Positions 10,079 to 19,883 of a DNA stretch of 64,000 nucleotides are shown here, in pieces; position 1 is the stretch's first letter; each line of letters starts with the position of its first letter. The position numbers and the translations under genes were made by a program. A model generated the notes under the pieces. The model did not search any database. It saw nothing but the letters and a program-made list of their open reading frames with translations, and had not been told where the DNA came from. This stretch comes from a virus, in the IMG/VR virus record IMGVR_UViG_3300021425_000014, positions 1 through 64,000 of that record; one strand, given 5' to 3'.

Positions 10079-10624
10079 ATGAATAACATCGAAGAATGGC
10101 TTCGTGCAGCTAATTTGGACATTCCAGCTGTCCTTAAGATAGCAACTGTAATCCTAGCTCCGGTATTTAACTTCTTTAATGTAAATATTTTATTAGGTCT
10201 AATGGTATTTTTACTAGTAGACCTATTAACTGGTCTTTACAAAGCAAAGTTGCTTAAGAAGTTAGCTTCCGCGAAATTTGGCAAGGCTCTAGATCGCGCA
10301 CTTTACTACCTCTTTGTATATGTAATCCTTCATATTCTAACACTAGTTCTGCCATTCGGATCCTTCTCTTCATTCTTCGAGACAGCAATCTTAACGGGGT
10401 ATCTGCTAAAAGAAGCACTATCTGTTCTTGAAAACCTAAGAGTGATCAGAAAAGTGCAAGGACATGAAACGGCTTTTATTGATGCGGTAATCCAAAGATT
10501 AGGAATGGACTTAGAAAGAATCACGCAAGAAATTGAATCAGGAAAAACGCCCACAATTACAGAAGCAGTAACTAACAAGGGGGAGATGAATGAAGAACCT
10601 AAAGGAATGGGCGAACCAGAATAA
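10079..10624 (+). CDS. Holin (Phage_holin_4_1-like)
   Basis: TM segments; DLLTGLYKA...EALSVLENL motif; next to the endolysin. Confidence 0.75.
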   Translation: MNNIEEWLRAANLDIPAVLKIATVILAPVFNFFNVNILLGLMVFLLVDLLTGLYKAKLLKKLASAKFGKALDRALYYLFVYVILHILTLVLPFGSFSSFFETAILTGYLLKEALSVLENLRVIRKVQGHETAFIDAVIQRLGMDLERITQEIESGKTPTITEAVTNKGEMNEEPKGMGEPE

Positions 10625-11258
10625 ACTACTACTCTTCTTTCTTTGCATTTTGTCGGTAGTTGCGATTAACTACCTACACTTTCTGCAACCGCATCCAGCT
10701 ACTCCACCAATTCAAAAAGAAGAAACAAAGATAGAAGTAAAAAAAGAGCAAGCTAAGCAAGTAAAGAAGCAACAGGCTCTTAAGGTTAATAAATCAAATA
10801 ATACTAAAACAACTACAAGAACTTACGACAAGAATACCGGAAAGATTGTCAAAGAAGTTGTCAAGGAATCGGCGACCAAGACTGAGTTAGTTAAAGATAC
10901 AGAAGTAGAAAAAGCAAAAGAACAAAAAGTTGAACAAAAACAAGATACCAAGGTAAGTTACAAAAAACCATATACTGGTCTAACCACTGGGATTATAGTC
11001 ACACCATCTGGTGCTGGTGGAGTTGCTGGTGTTACCTTAGCAGAGATAGCGCCTATAACGGCCAGCGCTCAAGTTGGCTTACTAATAGAGCCACAGAAGT
11101 CAATAGTTGTAGGTCTAAGCGTAAATGGTGAAGTGGCGACTAATCTTGAAGCTGGAATAGGTGTCTACCTTGGCCCGCAAACTTCATTCGGGTATACGCC
11201 AATTTCTGGACTTCCTATATCAGTTCAGCCGGGCGTAAGTCTACAGTATCGCTTTTAA
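10590..11258 (+). CDS. Membrane-anchored lysis accessory/spanin-like protein
   Basis: N-terminal TM, charged stalk, beta-rich C-terminus ending YRF; last gene of lysis module. Confidence 0.45.
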   Translation: MKNLKEWANQNKLLLFFLCILSVVAINYLHFLQPHPATPPIQKEETKIEVKKEQAKQVKKQQALKVNKSNNTKTTTRTYDKNTGKIVKEVVKESATKTELVKDTEVEKAKEQKVEQKQDTKVSYKKPYTGLTTGIIVTPSGAGGVAGVTLAEIAPITASAQVGLLIEPQKSIVVGLSVNGEVATNLEAGIGVYLGPQTSFGYTPISGLPISVQPGVSLQYRF

Positions 11259-11292
11259 TATCCTTAATTCTTGCTTCTAAAAGTGATTACAG

Positions 11293-11326
11293 AAAGGCCC
11301 GAGGGTGATTATACCTTCGGGCCTTT
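11293..11326. terminator. Bidirectional intrinsic terminator between convergent blocks
   Basis: aaaggcccgagggt-gattat-accttcgggccttt hairpin. Confidence 0.75.
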
Positions 11327-11355
11327 ATTATGCCTTAAAATCAATCAAATTATAT

Positions 11356-12129
11356 TCATAGCTCTCTAAAAACGGGGCCATTAACATCTTGAGCCATAAT
11401 TGAGCGATTATCTGAAATACTATCGTTGGTCTCTTTTTGATCAATTGATCTTGTAAAAATATTACAATAATTAGAATTTATATATATATTATGATTTACG
11501 TTTGAGGAAAAATGAGCATAATCAAACGCGAATAAGTAATCCTGAAGATCACCGATCGTTAAATTAATTCCGTGATTATTATGAAGTCCAGACTTGTATA
11601 CCCTATAAGTATATGTTGCGTGCTCAAATCCGTATACGCCATAATCCTTGTTAAATGCTCCAACTTTTTCAATAACTTCTTTAGTTAAGAACATGAATAC
11701 GCCGCCAACGTTTCTGCATTCTTCGACAGAAAAATTATCGTACTTTTTAGTTGATATATGTTCATGTAGTGCTTTATCTAGTAGATTAAAGTGATGAACT
11801 CCGCTTTCTTTATGGCACTTAATAACATATTCAGCCCATCCAGCCTTAAGTGGATAGCAATCATCATCAAATAAGAAAATATAATCACAATCTCTAAGAG
11901 AACTAAGGCATAAGTTCTTGTTCTTGGCTACACCTTTTCTGGTTCCATCGTGCTTATATTCAAAGCCAAATTTTTCGGCCACCATTTTATTGGCGACCTT
12001 AATCTCTTCATCTTCGGTATCATCACAAACAACAACTAGGCAATTCGCGGGAAGAAACTTAGAAATATTCTCAAGAGTAATACTTAAGATATTTGTTCTA
12101 TTCCTAGTAGTAACGCCAATTCCAATCAT
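11356..12129 (-). CDS. GT2-family glycosyltransferase
   Basis: IGVTTRNR...VVCDD...GVAKNKN...YIFLFDDD...YGFEH. Confidence 0.85.
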   Translation of the reverse strand: MIGIGVTTRNRTNILSITLENISKFLPANCLVVVCDDTEDEEIKVANKMVAEKFGFEYKHDGTRKGVAKNKNLCLSSLRDCDYIFLFDDDCYPLKAGWAEYVIKCHKESGVHHFNLLDKALHEHISTKKYDNFSVEECRNVGGVFMFLTKEVIEKVGAFNKDYGVYGFEHATYTYRVYKSGLHNNHGINLTIGDLQDYLFAFDYAHFSSNVNHNIYINSNYCNIFTRSIDQKETNDSISDNRSIMAQDVNGPVFREL

Positions 12130-12293
12130 TCTTCTTTAACCTTATTTATTAAAGCCTCTATTACTTCAAAGTATTTGAATAGTTTTGAGCCTTCTGGGAA
12201 TCTAGCCATTGTATCACAAACAGGGCAAGCGCGGAACTCAAACCGTTCGGGAATTATTGGCTGTGCCTGCTCACTTTCATTTTGCTCTTGCAT
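12126..12293 (-). CDS. Small hypothetical protein (55 aa, CPVC)
   Basis: Translated by hand; fills the gap with overlapping start/stop junctions. Confidence 0.5.
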   Translation of the reverse strand: MQEQNESEQAQPIIPERFEFRACPVCDTMARFPEGSKLFKYFEVIEALINKVKEE

Positions 12294-13239
12294 CCAACCA
12301 CTCCTTATTTTCTTTAGACCATTCTATAAGTTCTCTAATGCCTTCATCAAAATTGCGGAAGGGAACAAATCCAAACTCTTTTTTAGCTAACCAAAAATCA
12401 ATTGAATACCTTAGGTCATGTCCGAGCCTATCGGTAACATATTCTACATTGTCTTCATAGTCACCACCGACTGTATTGTCAACAATGTACTGAATTACGC
12501 CAACATTTGATAGCTCACAATCACCACCAAAGTTGTAAACCTCTCCGTATTCTCCAAACCTTAGAGCAAGAAAAATTCCATGGCAATGATCAGCAACATG
12601 AATCCAATCTCGAACATTCTCACCCTTGCCATATACTGGAACTTTTTCACCATTTAGAATCTTTCCAATAGCCTTTGGAATAAACTTTTCTGGATGTTGC
12701 CAAGGGCCGTAATTATTAGAACAACGAGTAATTACTACTGGAAACTTATATGTTTCAAAGTAAGCGCGACACATTAAGTCTTGTGCCGCTTTTGATGCCG
12801 AATATGGACTATTCGGCTGAATCTTATGTTCTTCAGTAAATGGGCGATCACATTCCTCCAAAGTTCCATACACTTCATCTGTGCCGACTTGTACAAAGCA
12901 TTCGATGTCACCATATTGCCTACAGGCTTCCAGTAGGGAATGAGTTGCATATGTATTAGAAACCGTAAAACTTAGAGGCGATTCAATAGAATTGTCAACG
13001 TGAGATTCTGATGCAAAGTTAATTACTTGCTTAATTCTACGCTCTTTGAGCCATTCCTTAGTAATGCCAGAAATGCAACCTCGAAATGTATCTTCCTGAG
13101 GAAGTGAATTAAAGAATTCAATATCAGAACAAGTTGATAGCTTATCGGCGTAATAAACTTTGTCGAATGTTTTGCCGTAAATATCAATAAAATTGCGGGC
13201 AATAAAACCAGCAGCACCAGTAATTAAAACATTATACAT
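12277..13239 (-). CDS. rmlB: dTDP-glucose 4,6-dehydratase
   Basis: GAAGFI, FASESHVDNSI, TDEVYG, PYSASK, RCSNNYGP, DRLGHDLRY. Confidence 0.95.
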   Translation of the reverse strand: MYNVLITGAAGFIARNFIDIYGKTFDKVYYADKLSTCSDIEFFNSLPQEDTFRGCISGITKEWLKERRIKQVINFASESHVDNSIESPLSFTVSNTYATHSLLEACRQYGDIECFVQVGTDEVYGTLEECDRPFTEEHKIQPNSPYSASKAAQDLMCRAYFETYKFPVVITRCSNNYGPWQHPEKFIPKAIGKILNGEKVPVYGKGENVRDWIHVADHCHGIFLALRFGEYGEVYNFGGDCELSNVGVIQYIVDNTVGGDYEDNVEYVTDRLGHDLRYSIDFWLAKKEFGFVPFRNFDEGIRELIEWSKENKEWLDARAK

Positions 13240-13246
13240 TTTTAAT

Positions 13247-13426
13247 TCACTTTCCACTCAAGATCCTACTGCCAATTAAGTCAACAGTAGAAGAGGTAAT
13301 TGCGCCAAAAATAAAAGCCACAACAAATACAGTATCTTTGTGCAGATTGTCGGTTAAATTTTGACCCGTCATAATAGCTAGCACGATTATAGCTACCGAT
13401 ACAAGTGCAAACAAAAACTCTTTCAT
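13247..13426 (-). CDS. Small membrane protein (59 aa)
   Basis: Two hydrophobic segments; translated by hand. Confidence 0.5.
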   Translation of the reverse strand: MKEFLFALVSVAIIVLAIMTGQNLTDNLHKDTVFVVAFIFGAITSSTVDLIGSRILSGK

Positions 13427-13920
13427 AAAAACTTCTCCTTAAAAAGCTCTTCGCCAACAACGTAAAATCTTTTACCGTCTTTATTTTCTATACACAGTAT
13501 ACCATAGCGTTTGCCAGCACGCAAGCAATCAGTGTTAACTTTTTCAAATTCGTCAACACTAATTACTGGATCTTTTCTTGTTGATTGGAGTTTAACGTCA
13601 ATAACGAGATCTTCTGTCTTGAGATCTCCGTCATTGTGGATTCTGCCGGAATTGAGTGTTGATTTAACCTTCTCCTCAATCTTAGCTGCCTTTTTAATGA
13701 GTGCAGATCTTTCGCGGTTTTTCGCCTGCTTTTCAATCTGCTTCTCCTTTTTCTTTTCAGCCTTACGATTAGCTTTGTTTTCTTCTATGATTGGGTGCTT
13801 AATTGATTTATTTATTGGGTTATATAGATTATCTCCACTGCCGCTACAGCGATCACCGTCAAAACGACAATAGAAACATCTAGAATTGTTAAGGCAATTG
13901 CTCGAAACACTACAACTCAT
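13423..13920 (-). CDS. PD-(D/E)xK nuclease, Holliday-junction-resolvase-like, Cys-rich N-terminus
   Basis: NSG...GDL....VIDVK motif. Confidence 0.55.
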   Translation of the reverse strand: MSCSVSSNCLNNSRCFYCRFDGDRCSGSGDNLYNPINKSIKHPIIEENKANRKAEKKKEKQIEKQAKNRERSALIKKAAKIEEKVKSTLNSGRIHNDGDLKTEDLVIDVKLQSTRKDPVISVDEFEKVNTDCLRAGKRYGILCIENKDGKRFYVVGEELFKEKFL

Positions 13921-14051
13921 CCTTCAAGTAGCCCGCCAAAGAATGCGCCAAAGAATGCAGCAATTAAGAAAATAGGCAAAAATGACATGATCACAATAGC
14001 CGCAAGACACCAAAATAAAATTTCACTAGTAATTCTCAATGCTTTACTCAT
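13917..14051 (-). CDS. Small membrane protein (44 aa)
   Basis: Hydrophobic ORF overlapping both neighbours. Confidence 0.45.
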   Translation of the reverse strand: MSKALRITSEILFWCLAAIVIMSFLPIFLIAAFFGAFFGGLLEG

Positions 14052-14421
14052 CTAATCCAACATCTTTCATCTCTTGTATCAAAGAAGCTAGAATGCTTTT
14101 TTGAGCACTAATTTTATTTATTAAGCCTCTATGGAGGGTATCGAGAACATCTCTTTGATACCTCAAGCCGCTTGTTTCACCCTCAATCCAAACTCTTCTT
14201 GCATCGCCTTTGAAATCTCCAGGAACACGCTTGACTACTTCCATTTTAAGAAGTCTATATTCGCGTTCAGCCTTAGAGGCCAAAGTAGCCATGTCTGGAA
14301 TACAAGAAAAAGTTCTCTGAATCTGGAGCCTAAGTATTGCGATGTTTTCAATCTCAATACTTTCTCGCCAAACTTTGTTGGCTTCATTGATCTTATCCTT
14401 GAATTGGTCTAAGTAATCCAT
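14044..14421 (-). CDS. Helical hypothetical protein (possibly UvsY-like recombination mediator)
   Basis: All-helical 125 aa with its own promoter; similarity judged by eye only. Confidence 0.4.
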   Translation of the reverse strand: MDYLDQFKDKINEANKVWRESIEIENIAILRLQIQRTFSCIPDMATLASKAEREYRLLKMEVVKRVPGDFKGDARRVWIEGETSGLRYQRDVLDTLHRGLINKISAQKSILASLIQEMKDVGLDE

Positions 14422-14427
14422 ACATCA

Positions 14428-14455
14428 ATTATACCAACCCCATAAAAAAAGTCAA
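14428..14455 (-). promoter_or_regulatory. sigma70-type promoter
   Basis: TTGACT-16-TATAAT on minus strand. Confidence 0.7.
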
Positions 14456-14486
14456 GGCCCCCATTTAGGGGCCAAGACTATCTGGT

Positions 14487-15998
14487 CTACCCTTCAACCA
14501 TATCCTTTAAATCACCCCCAAGGCCAGTTGATCCTGCCGTTAGGGCAGATGCTTTATCTCCAGCAGCATCCGCGCTCTCGCCGGAAACCTTCTGTTGTTG
14601 CATATTCATAGACTTGTCAATAAGTGTTGGAACTTCTTCGCCGGTCTGGGGATCTAGGCCAATAATATCTTCGAACCTAACTAGGCCATTATTGGTTCTA
14701 ATTACCATAACTTTATTGATTTCATCAATCTCAAGTGAACGCATTCCAAGAAGCTCTCTTGCTTCAGCAACCGTGATTCCAATTTCACCAAGAGCCCTTA
14801 CTGCGTCGATCGAATCCTTAATTGCAAACTTTGATAAAGTGCCAGGCTGAATCTCAAGATCTCTATCATCAAGAAATTCGCGAATTAACTTGTGCTGAAT
14901 CTTATCAAAGACCAACTTATGCAATCTATCGACAGTGTTACGCTTGAATGCTTTTTCTTCAGAAGCTACGATTTCAGCGTTACCAAGACCCTGATCTGAG
15001 CGAACGCCAGCCATAGAAACGGGCACACCAAAACAAGAAAGGATTACATCTCTTCCGATAGCAGCCATTTCATCGAACTTGATATTTCCAATATATTTAT
15101 TGCCATCAGATACTAATTCGGTACTACCTTCTAGTAATAGAATTCGTCCATAGTTCTTTGCGCCAGAATAGTGATCGCGTAAGAACTCGCGATTGCGTTG
15201 AGCAACAAGCTCGTCAGCATCCATTTTAAAGATGGCGCCACCAGCAAATCCTTCTTCAAACCAATTGTTAATTGCCTGAAGTGACTGTGCATTAGCTGTA
15301 ATATGCCCCATCATTGAGTACATTCGGGGTTTGCCGTACAGGAATGACTTCTCATTAGTATCTTTAAAGTGAATAATTTCATGCTCTAAGAAGATGTCGC
15401 CGTTACGCATATCTACAACATCTTTTTGGTAATAAGCGCAATGAAGGATGCCAAACTTGTCAATAAAAGGAATTACTCTAATCGTTTCTGGGGGCAGTGT
15501 GTAAATTGAATGAATCTCGCCAGACTTTGTGCGAATAATTTGCCAATAAGCATTTGCATATGTAGCGAGGTTTTCATATGTAGTGAGAAACAATTCATAC
15601 CCAGTTTGATGAGGATTTGGGTAAGTTAGTTTATCCATTAACATTTCAACACGTTTATTCGCCGCCTTAGATTTATTTCGACCATTGGCTTTACTAAATA
15701 CCTGAAAAAGCGGCGTAGTTGACGCACAAGATGCTCCAATAGTTTTTACAGCTAAATCAGCCCAAGAGTTTTCATTGACAATAAGAGTCATTAACTCAAG
15801 TGGATGAGCCAATGGAACACCTGTCTTGGCAGAATATTCCCTATTGTATACATCTTTTACATTTGGAATCTTAGTGGTCTTGGTTTCTTCAATTGAGGTA
15901 ATACTAGGCTTCGAGGGAACTTCACCAACACTTTTTGGAAAGTTATGAAGCTCGGTAGCTAATTCACGCTTTACTTGTTCATCATCAAATGGTTGCAT
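14487..15998 (-). CDS. Portal protein
   Basis: NPHQTG.E....YANAYW.I.R...IYTLPP...EIIHFK...YGKP...FGVP; adjacent to terminase. Confidence 0.9.
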   Translation of the reverse strand: MQPFDDEQVKRELATELHNFPKSVGEVPSKPSITSIEETKTTKIPNVKDVYNREYSAKTGVPLAHPLELMTLIVNENSWADLAVKTIGASCASTTPLFQVFSKANGRNKSKAANKRVEMLMDKLTYPNPHQTGYELFLTTYENLATYANAYWQIIRTKSGEIHSIYTLPPETIRVIPFIDKFGILHCAYYQKDVVDMRNGDIFLEHEIIHFKDTNEKSFLYGKPRMYSMMGHITANAQSLQAINNWFEEGFAGGAIFKMDADELVAQRNREFLRDHYSGAKNYGRILLLEGSTELVSDGNKYIGNIKFDEMAAIGRDVILSCFGVPVSMAGVRSDQGLGNAEIVASEEKAFKRNTVDRLHKLVFDKIQHKLIREFLDDRDLEIQPGTLSKFAIKDSIDAVRALGEIGITVAEARELLGMRSLEIDEINKVMVIRTNNGLVRFEDIIGLDPQTGEEVPTLIDKSMNMQQQKVSGESADAAGDKASALTAGSTGLGGDLKDMVEG

Positions 15999-16007
15999 TT
16001 AATTACC

Positions 16008-17438
16008 TCAAATGAAAGAGAATCCGCTATTGTTACGCCTAGTCCTACAGGCATGGGCACAAATGATAGCAGAGGGTATGTCGTCGTGATTGGTTCTCCA
16101 GGAACCCATTGCTGCAATTCTACCCGTTACCGGATTGAATCCCAAATTCTTAAACTGTTTAATCATCTCATGATGTTCTGGAGATTTCATTTTATGACTC
16201 TCCATCCTGTGCTTAATCTCCGTGTATTCCTGAGTCTTGAAGTTTGTCGAGAACGTAACAGGATATAGTAGATGATTAATTTTCGTCTCTTTTAGTCTAG
16301 ACTCGAAAGCTACGCCCATGCCGCCAGTTTTATCGAAACCAACTTTTGTTGCCCTGAAGTGTAAAGCTATTCTACTAACATAATCGCATTGTGGCCCAAC
16401 CTCCATACCCTTCGGCAAAGTCCTTATGAATATATGTTCCCATTCTTCACCATTGACGCCCCATACGGTTATAACAGAGCCGTCGATCGTAATAGCTGGG
16501 TCGAATCCGACGTATATCTTGTCATATTTTTTTCTTAATTCATTATTTACAAGACTATCTGGACAATCGTCACCATTTAATCTTTCAACTTCATCTAATA
16601 CTACGAAACTTGATGTTTTGTCAATGAACTTTCCATGAATTAGCTCAGAATCGAATAGTACGCTATCTTCATCGTCAACAAACTCGCAGCAGTATTCCTG
16701 AAGAAATAATTTATGCGGCATCTTGCTCGTAAGATCCATTTCTTCAACTGCTTTTTTTACGTGAGGAACTTCTGACCAGTGGATCTTAATTAGCTTATCT
16801 GGCCTAACGCCGATCTGCGTTCCGTCGTCATCATACTTTGGATTGCATAAATCAAAGAAGAGGTTATTCTTGCCGCGAGGTGTTGAGACTACCGTCATAT
16901 TCCAGCCTTTAGTTAAGGATGGTAATAGGGCGGCCCACATTTCCTCAGAATCTTTGCGCGACAAGACGCCAAACTCGTCCAAGAATACTTCAGCCGAATA
17001 ACCACGAACCGTAGAGGGGTTAGATGGTAGGGAAATAATCTTGGTGCCAGATGCGAAGTGAACTTCGGTTTCAGTTTCCTTAACAAGTTCTGGGCGCATA
17101 AACTCAGGCATTGAATTAATCACTTCTTTAACTTCTCGAAGCAATTTAACAGACTGAAGGTGTGAAGCGGAGCAAATAAGAATGTTTGGAACAATTCCAA
17201 AATATGCTTTATGAATCGCTCTGCCTTTGATCGCAGTAGAGAAGCCACTCTGGCGACTCTTGACCACAACCGAGACCTTTTCATTAGGTTTCGCTAGATT
17301 CATGAACTCTACTTGCTTTGGGTATAAATCCTGCTTTGCGCCATCAGCGTCATAGAACATTTTTGTAAACGCAACACAAAACCCAGCAGGATCTTTTAAG
17401 AATCTATTGTAAATCTTTTCCGCTATATCACTATGCAT
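16008..17438 (-). CDS. terL: Terminase large subunit
   Basis: KSRQSGFST Walker A, VRG...FLDEF Walker B, STPRG, FLQEYCCEF, GFDPA, HDD nuclease motifs. Confidence 0.93.
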   Translation of the reverse strand: MHSDIAEKIYNRFLKDPAGFCVAFTKMFYDADGAKQDLYPKQVEFMNLAKPNEKVSVVVKSRQSGFSTAIKGRAIHKAYFGIVPNILICSASHLQSVKLLREVKEVINSMPEFMRPELVKETETEVHFASGTKIISLPSNPSTVRGYSAEVFLDEFGVLSRKDSEEMWAALLPSLTKGWNMTVVSTPRGKNNLFFDLCNPKYDDDGTQIGVRPDKLIKIHWSEVPHVKKAVEEMDLTSKMPHKLFLQEYCCEFVDDEDSVLFDSELIHGKFIDKTSSFVVLDEVERLNGDDCPDSLVNNELRKKYDKIYVGFDPAITIDGSVITVWGVNGEEWEHIFIRTLPKGMEVGPQCDYVSRIALHFRATKVGFDKTGGMGVAFESRLKETKINHLLYPVTFSTNFKTQEYTEIKHRMESHKMKSPEHHEMIKQFKNLGFNPVTGRIAAMGSWRTNHDDIPSAIICAHACRTRRNNSGFSFI

Positions 17439-18117
17439 CTTCTGCCTCTATGTCAATAACGGGAAATTTAAATTCGGGGTCATTTAATAAGTCATCAATT
17501 TCATTATATTGCTTACCCTGATTCTTGTAATGATTAACAATAAGAATAGAGATGTCTTGCTTATTATCGCCATCCTCTTTCTTGTCAACCAATTCAGACA
17601 ATTCTCTATTATGCTCAATAATCATTTTCGAGATTGTTGTAACACTTAATTGATCAATATCATCAAGTTTATCAAAAAAGGCGTCGTTTAATTTCTGTAG
17701 TCTACGCTTGGCAGCCCTAACCCTTTCTGATTTATTAACAAGACCATCACTATAAATATATTCATTGATTTGTTTAGAGAAAGCCGGAATCTTAAGCCAC
17801 TGTTCAAAAGTTGTGTTCATTATGTGAACTTTATCGCTAACTTCAGCAATACTATATCCGCTTGCATATAGCAAGGCAGCTTCTTTCTGAATATCAGATA
17901 ATTCTTGCGTAATCTCCAAGTCCATTCTTGCTGCCATTTCCTTAGCAATTTTCTCAGCAGTAACGGACATCTCTTCCTTTTTTTCTTCAATTATTTTTTT
18001 GCGAACATTTTCTTCGACATTTTTAGCTTTTTGCTCAGTGCTTAGCTGGCGACCGGGCCTTCTTTTAATTGCAGGCTTTATCGGCTCTCCATTGGCATCA
18101 ACTTTTCTTCGAGGCAT
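17431..18117 (-). CDS. Probable terminase small subunit (HTH)
   Basis: HTH-like QKEAALLYASGYSIAEVSDKV...W; immediately upstream of terL. Confidence 0.6.
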   Translation of the reverse strand: MPRRKVDANGEPIKPAIKRRPGRQLSTEQKAKNVEENVRKKIIEEKKEEMSVTAEKIAKEMAARMDLEITQELSDIQKEAALLYASGYSIAEVSDKVHIMNTTFEQWLKIPAFSKQINEYIYSDGLVNKSERVRAAKRRLQKLNDAFFDKLDDIDQLSVTTISKMIIEHNRELSELVDKKEDGDNKQDISILIVNHYKNQGKQYNEIDDLLNDPEFKFPVIDIEAEDA

Positions 18118-19172
18118 TAGAATAACTCCTCTCTAAAGAAATCAACACGTTTTTTGTTAATTTCCCTGAGATTATAAATGCTTTCAATAGTATTTTTAGT
18201 TTTTAACACCATTTCTTGTCTTTTTTCTGAGTCATCTAAAAGTGTACTAATCTTACGAACCCATTCATTTACATCGTTTTTGTAAACTAGCAGGTTGCCG
18301 CCTTCGGATAGCTCATTAAAGCGCTTATATGGTGCTTCGAGAGTACATACGCTTGGGACACCCCAAACGCCAGCCTCAAGAACCTTTAATTCTGACTTAC
18401 AGGAGTTAAAAATACCAGGAACAATCGGGGCAAGAGAAACATCAAACATAGACATGACGGGAGGCCATTCCTCGAAAGGCTTATGCTGAACATATAGCTT
18501 CCTATCTTTAGGAATATCAAATAATTGAAGAAACTCTGGATTAGAGCAAAGCGCGAATGAGACATCATCTCTTTGCGAGATAAGCTTCTTAATAGGCTTT
18601 GTGATCTCTCTGAGTGATTCAAGATGGCTACTGGAACCAGCCCAACCTATAACCTTCCTATTGCGCGGCATGTCGTTATATCTATTACGCTCTGGAAGAT
18701 AAATAGGATCCTGAAGATTCAAGCCATTAAAAAAAACGGCACAGTTATCAATTGCATATACTTCAGAAAGCTGCGGAGTAGAGAAAAATATTTTGTCGCA
18801 AAGCTTAAGTGCCTCTTTAAGCGTAGTCCAAGCATCTGAGTTTGGATTCCATACCCTATATGCCGGATTACTCTTGCTAACATGCAACAATGCATCATCA
18901 ATATCCATATAGATCTTCTTCCCCATTTTCTTGACTTCCTTCATGATGCCAAGAATTTTGGGGGAAGCTACTCTTTGAAACACTACTGCATCGTAATCTT
19001 TGAGTACAGAAATAAGAGTTCCGAAGTTAGTGTTATTAGATACTTTATCGTGAACTAATTCAAATTCAAGATCTTCAACGTTCATTTTCTTAAGATCTTT
19101 CGCGGGTTGAATCATTCTAAATTGGCCGCAACCTGCGAAATCTGCCGGGAGATAAATAATTTTCTTCTTCAT
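18117..19172 (-). CDS. GT-B (GT4-like) glycosyltransferase
   Basis: GCGQFRM..P, VVFQR, MDIDD, IGWAGS.SH, FNSCKSELKVLEAG. Confidence 0.85.
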   Translation of the reverse strand: MKKKIIYLPADFAGCGQFRMIQPAKDLKKMNVEDLEFELVHDKVSNNTNFGTLISVLKDYDAVVFQRVASPKILGIMKEVKKMGKKIYMDIDDALLHVSKSNPAYRVWNPNSDAWTTLKEALKLCDKIFFSTPQLSEVYAIDNCAVFFNGLNLQDPIYLPERNRYNDMPRNRKVIGWAGSSSHLESLREITKPIKKLISQRDDVSFALCSNPEFLQLFDIPKDRKLYVQHKPFEEWPPVMSMFDVSLAPIVPGIFNSCKSELKVLEAGVWGVPSVCTLEAPYKRFNELSEGGNLLVYKNDVNEWVRKISTLLDDSEKRQEMVLKTKNTIESIYNLREINKKRVDFFREELF

Positions 19173-19447
19173 TGTACACCATCGCGACTAACATCTAATG
19201 TGGTTTTATAAAGGTCAATTAGTTTGGCATGCTGATTAAGAAAATCTATATATAATTGATCTTCTATGAGTTCTGCGATTTCGCGCAAAATAATTGGTTC
19301 TGGCATTGAATCAATAGTTTGCTGAATAAAGCTATCACAGAACTTTAAAGCAGTTGAATAAATATCATTAGACAACTTAAGTTCGGCAATTTCGTTTTGC
19401 TGCCTAATTAACCTTGCTGTTAATAAGTCTTCTGGGCCATCACTCAT
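19169..19447 (-). CDS. Hypothetical protein
   Basis: ORF coupled to neighbours. Confidence 0.55.
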   Translation of the reverse strand: MSDGPEDLLTARLIRQQNEIAELKLSNDIYSTALKFCDSFIQQTIDSMPEPIILREIAELIEDQLYIDFLNQHAKLIDLYKTTLDVSRDGVQ

Positions 19448-19883
19448 TAGAAAATTCCCCGAAAATAGAGTTATATTCATCAATGTTTTCAATCATTTCC
19501 CAAGGATCATCTGAGCGAACATTAACTGGAGTTCGCTCATCTGAAAACAATATGTCTCCACATTTTTCCTCATAAACCTTAGAGTACATTTCAAGATACT
19601 CTGTAAGTATACCATGTTTGTTATAAATTTCAAGAAGTTGCTCTCTAGAATTTAAATCCTCAACATGACCTAATTCGTTTTTATTGTCTTCTATCCATTT
19701 CAGCGCTTCTGAATTATCCGAATAGTCATTCAATAGCTCTTGATAAAACGAAGTCCTTTTCTTGCTCTGTGATACATTGCGAGGCTGAGTAGTCCTAGCT
19801 CTTCTCCTTTCACTGATTAGGGCCTTCGTTTCAGCGGTATGCTTTCTTCCAGTTCTTCTAGTTTGCTTCTTCTTGTTTTCCAT
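19440..19883 (-). CDS. NUMOD3-motif DNA-binding protein
   Basis: GRKHTAETKALISE motif. Confidence 0.55.
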   Translation of the reverse strand: MENKKKQTRRTGRKHTAETKALISERRRARTTQPRNVSQSKKRTSFYQELLNDYSDNSEALKWIEDNKNELGHVEDLNSREQLLEIYNKHGILTEYLEMYSKVYEEKCGDILFSDERTPVNVRSDDPWEMIENIDEYNSIFGEFSNE

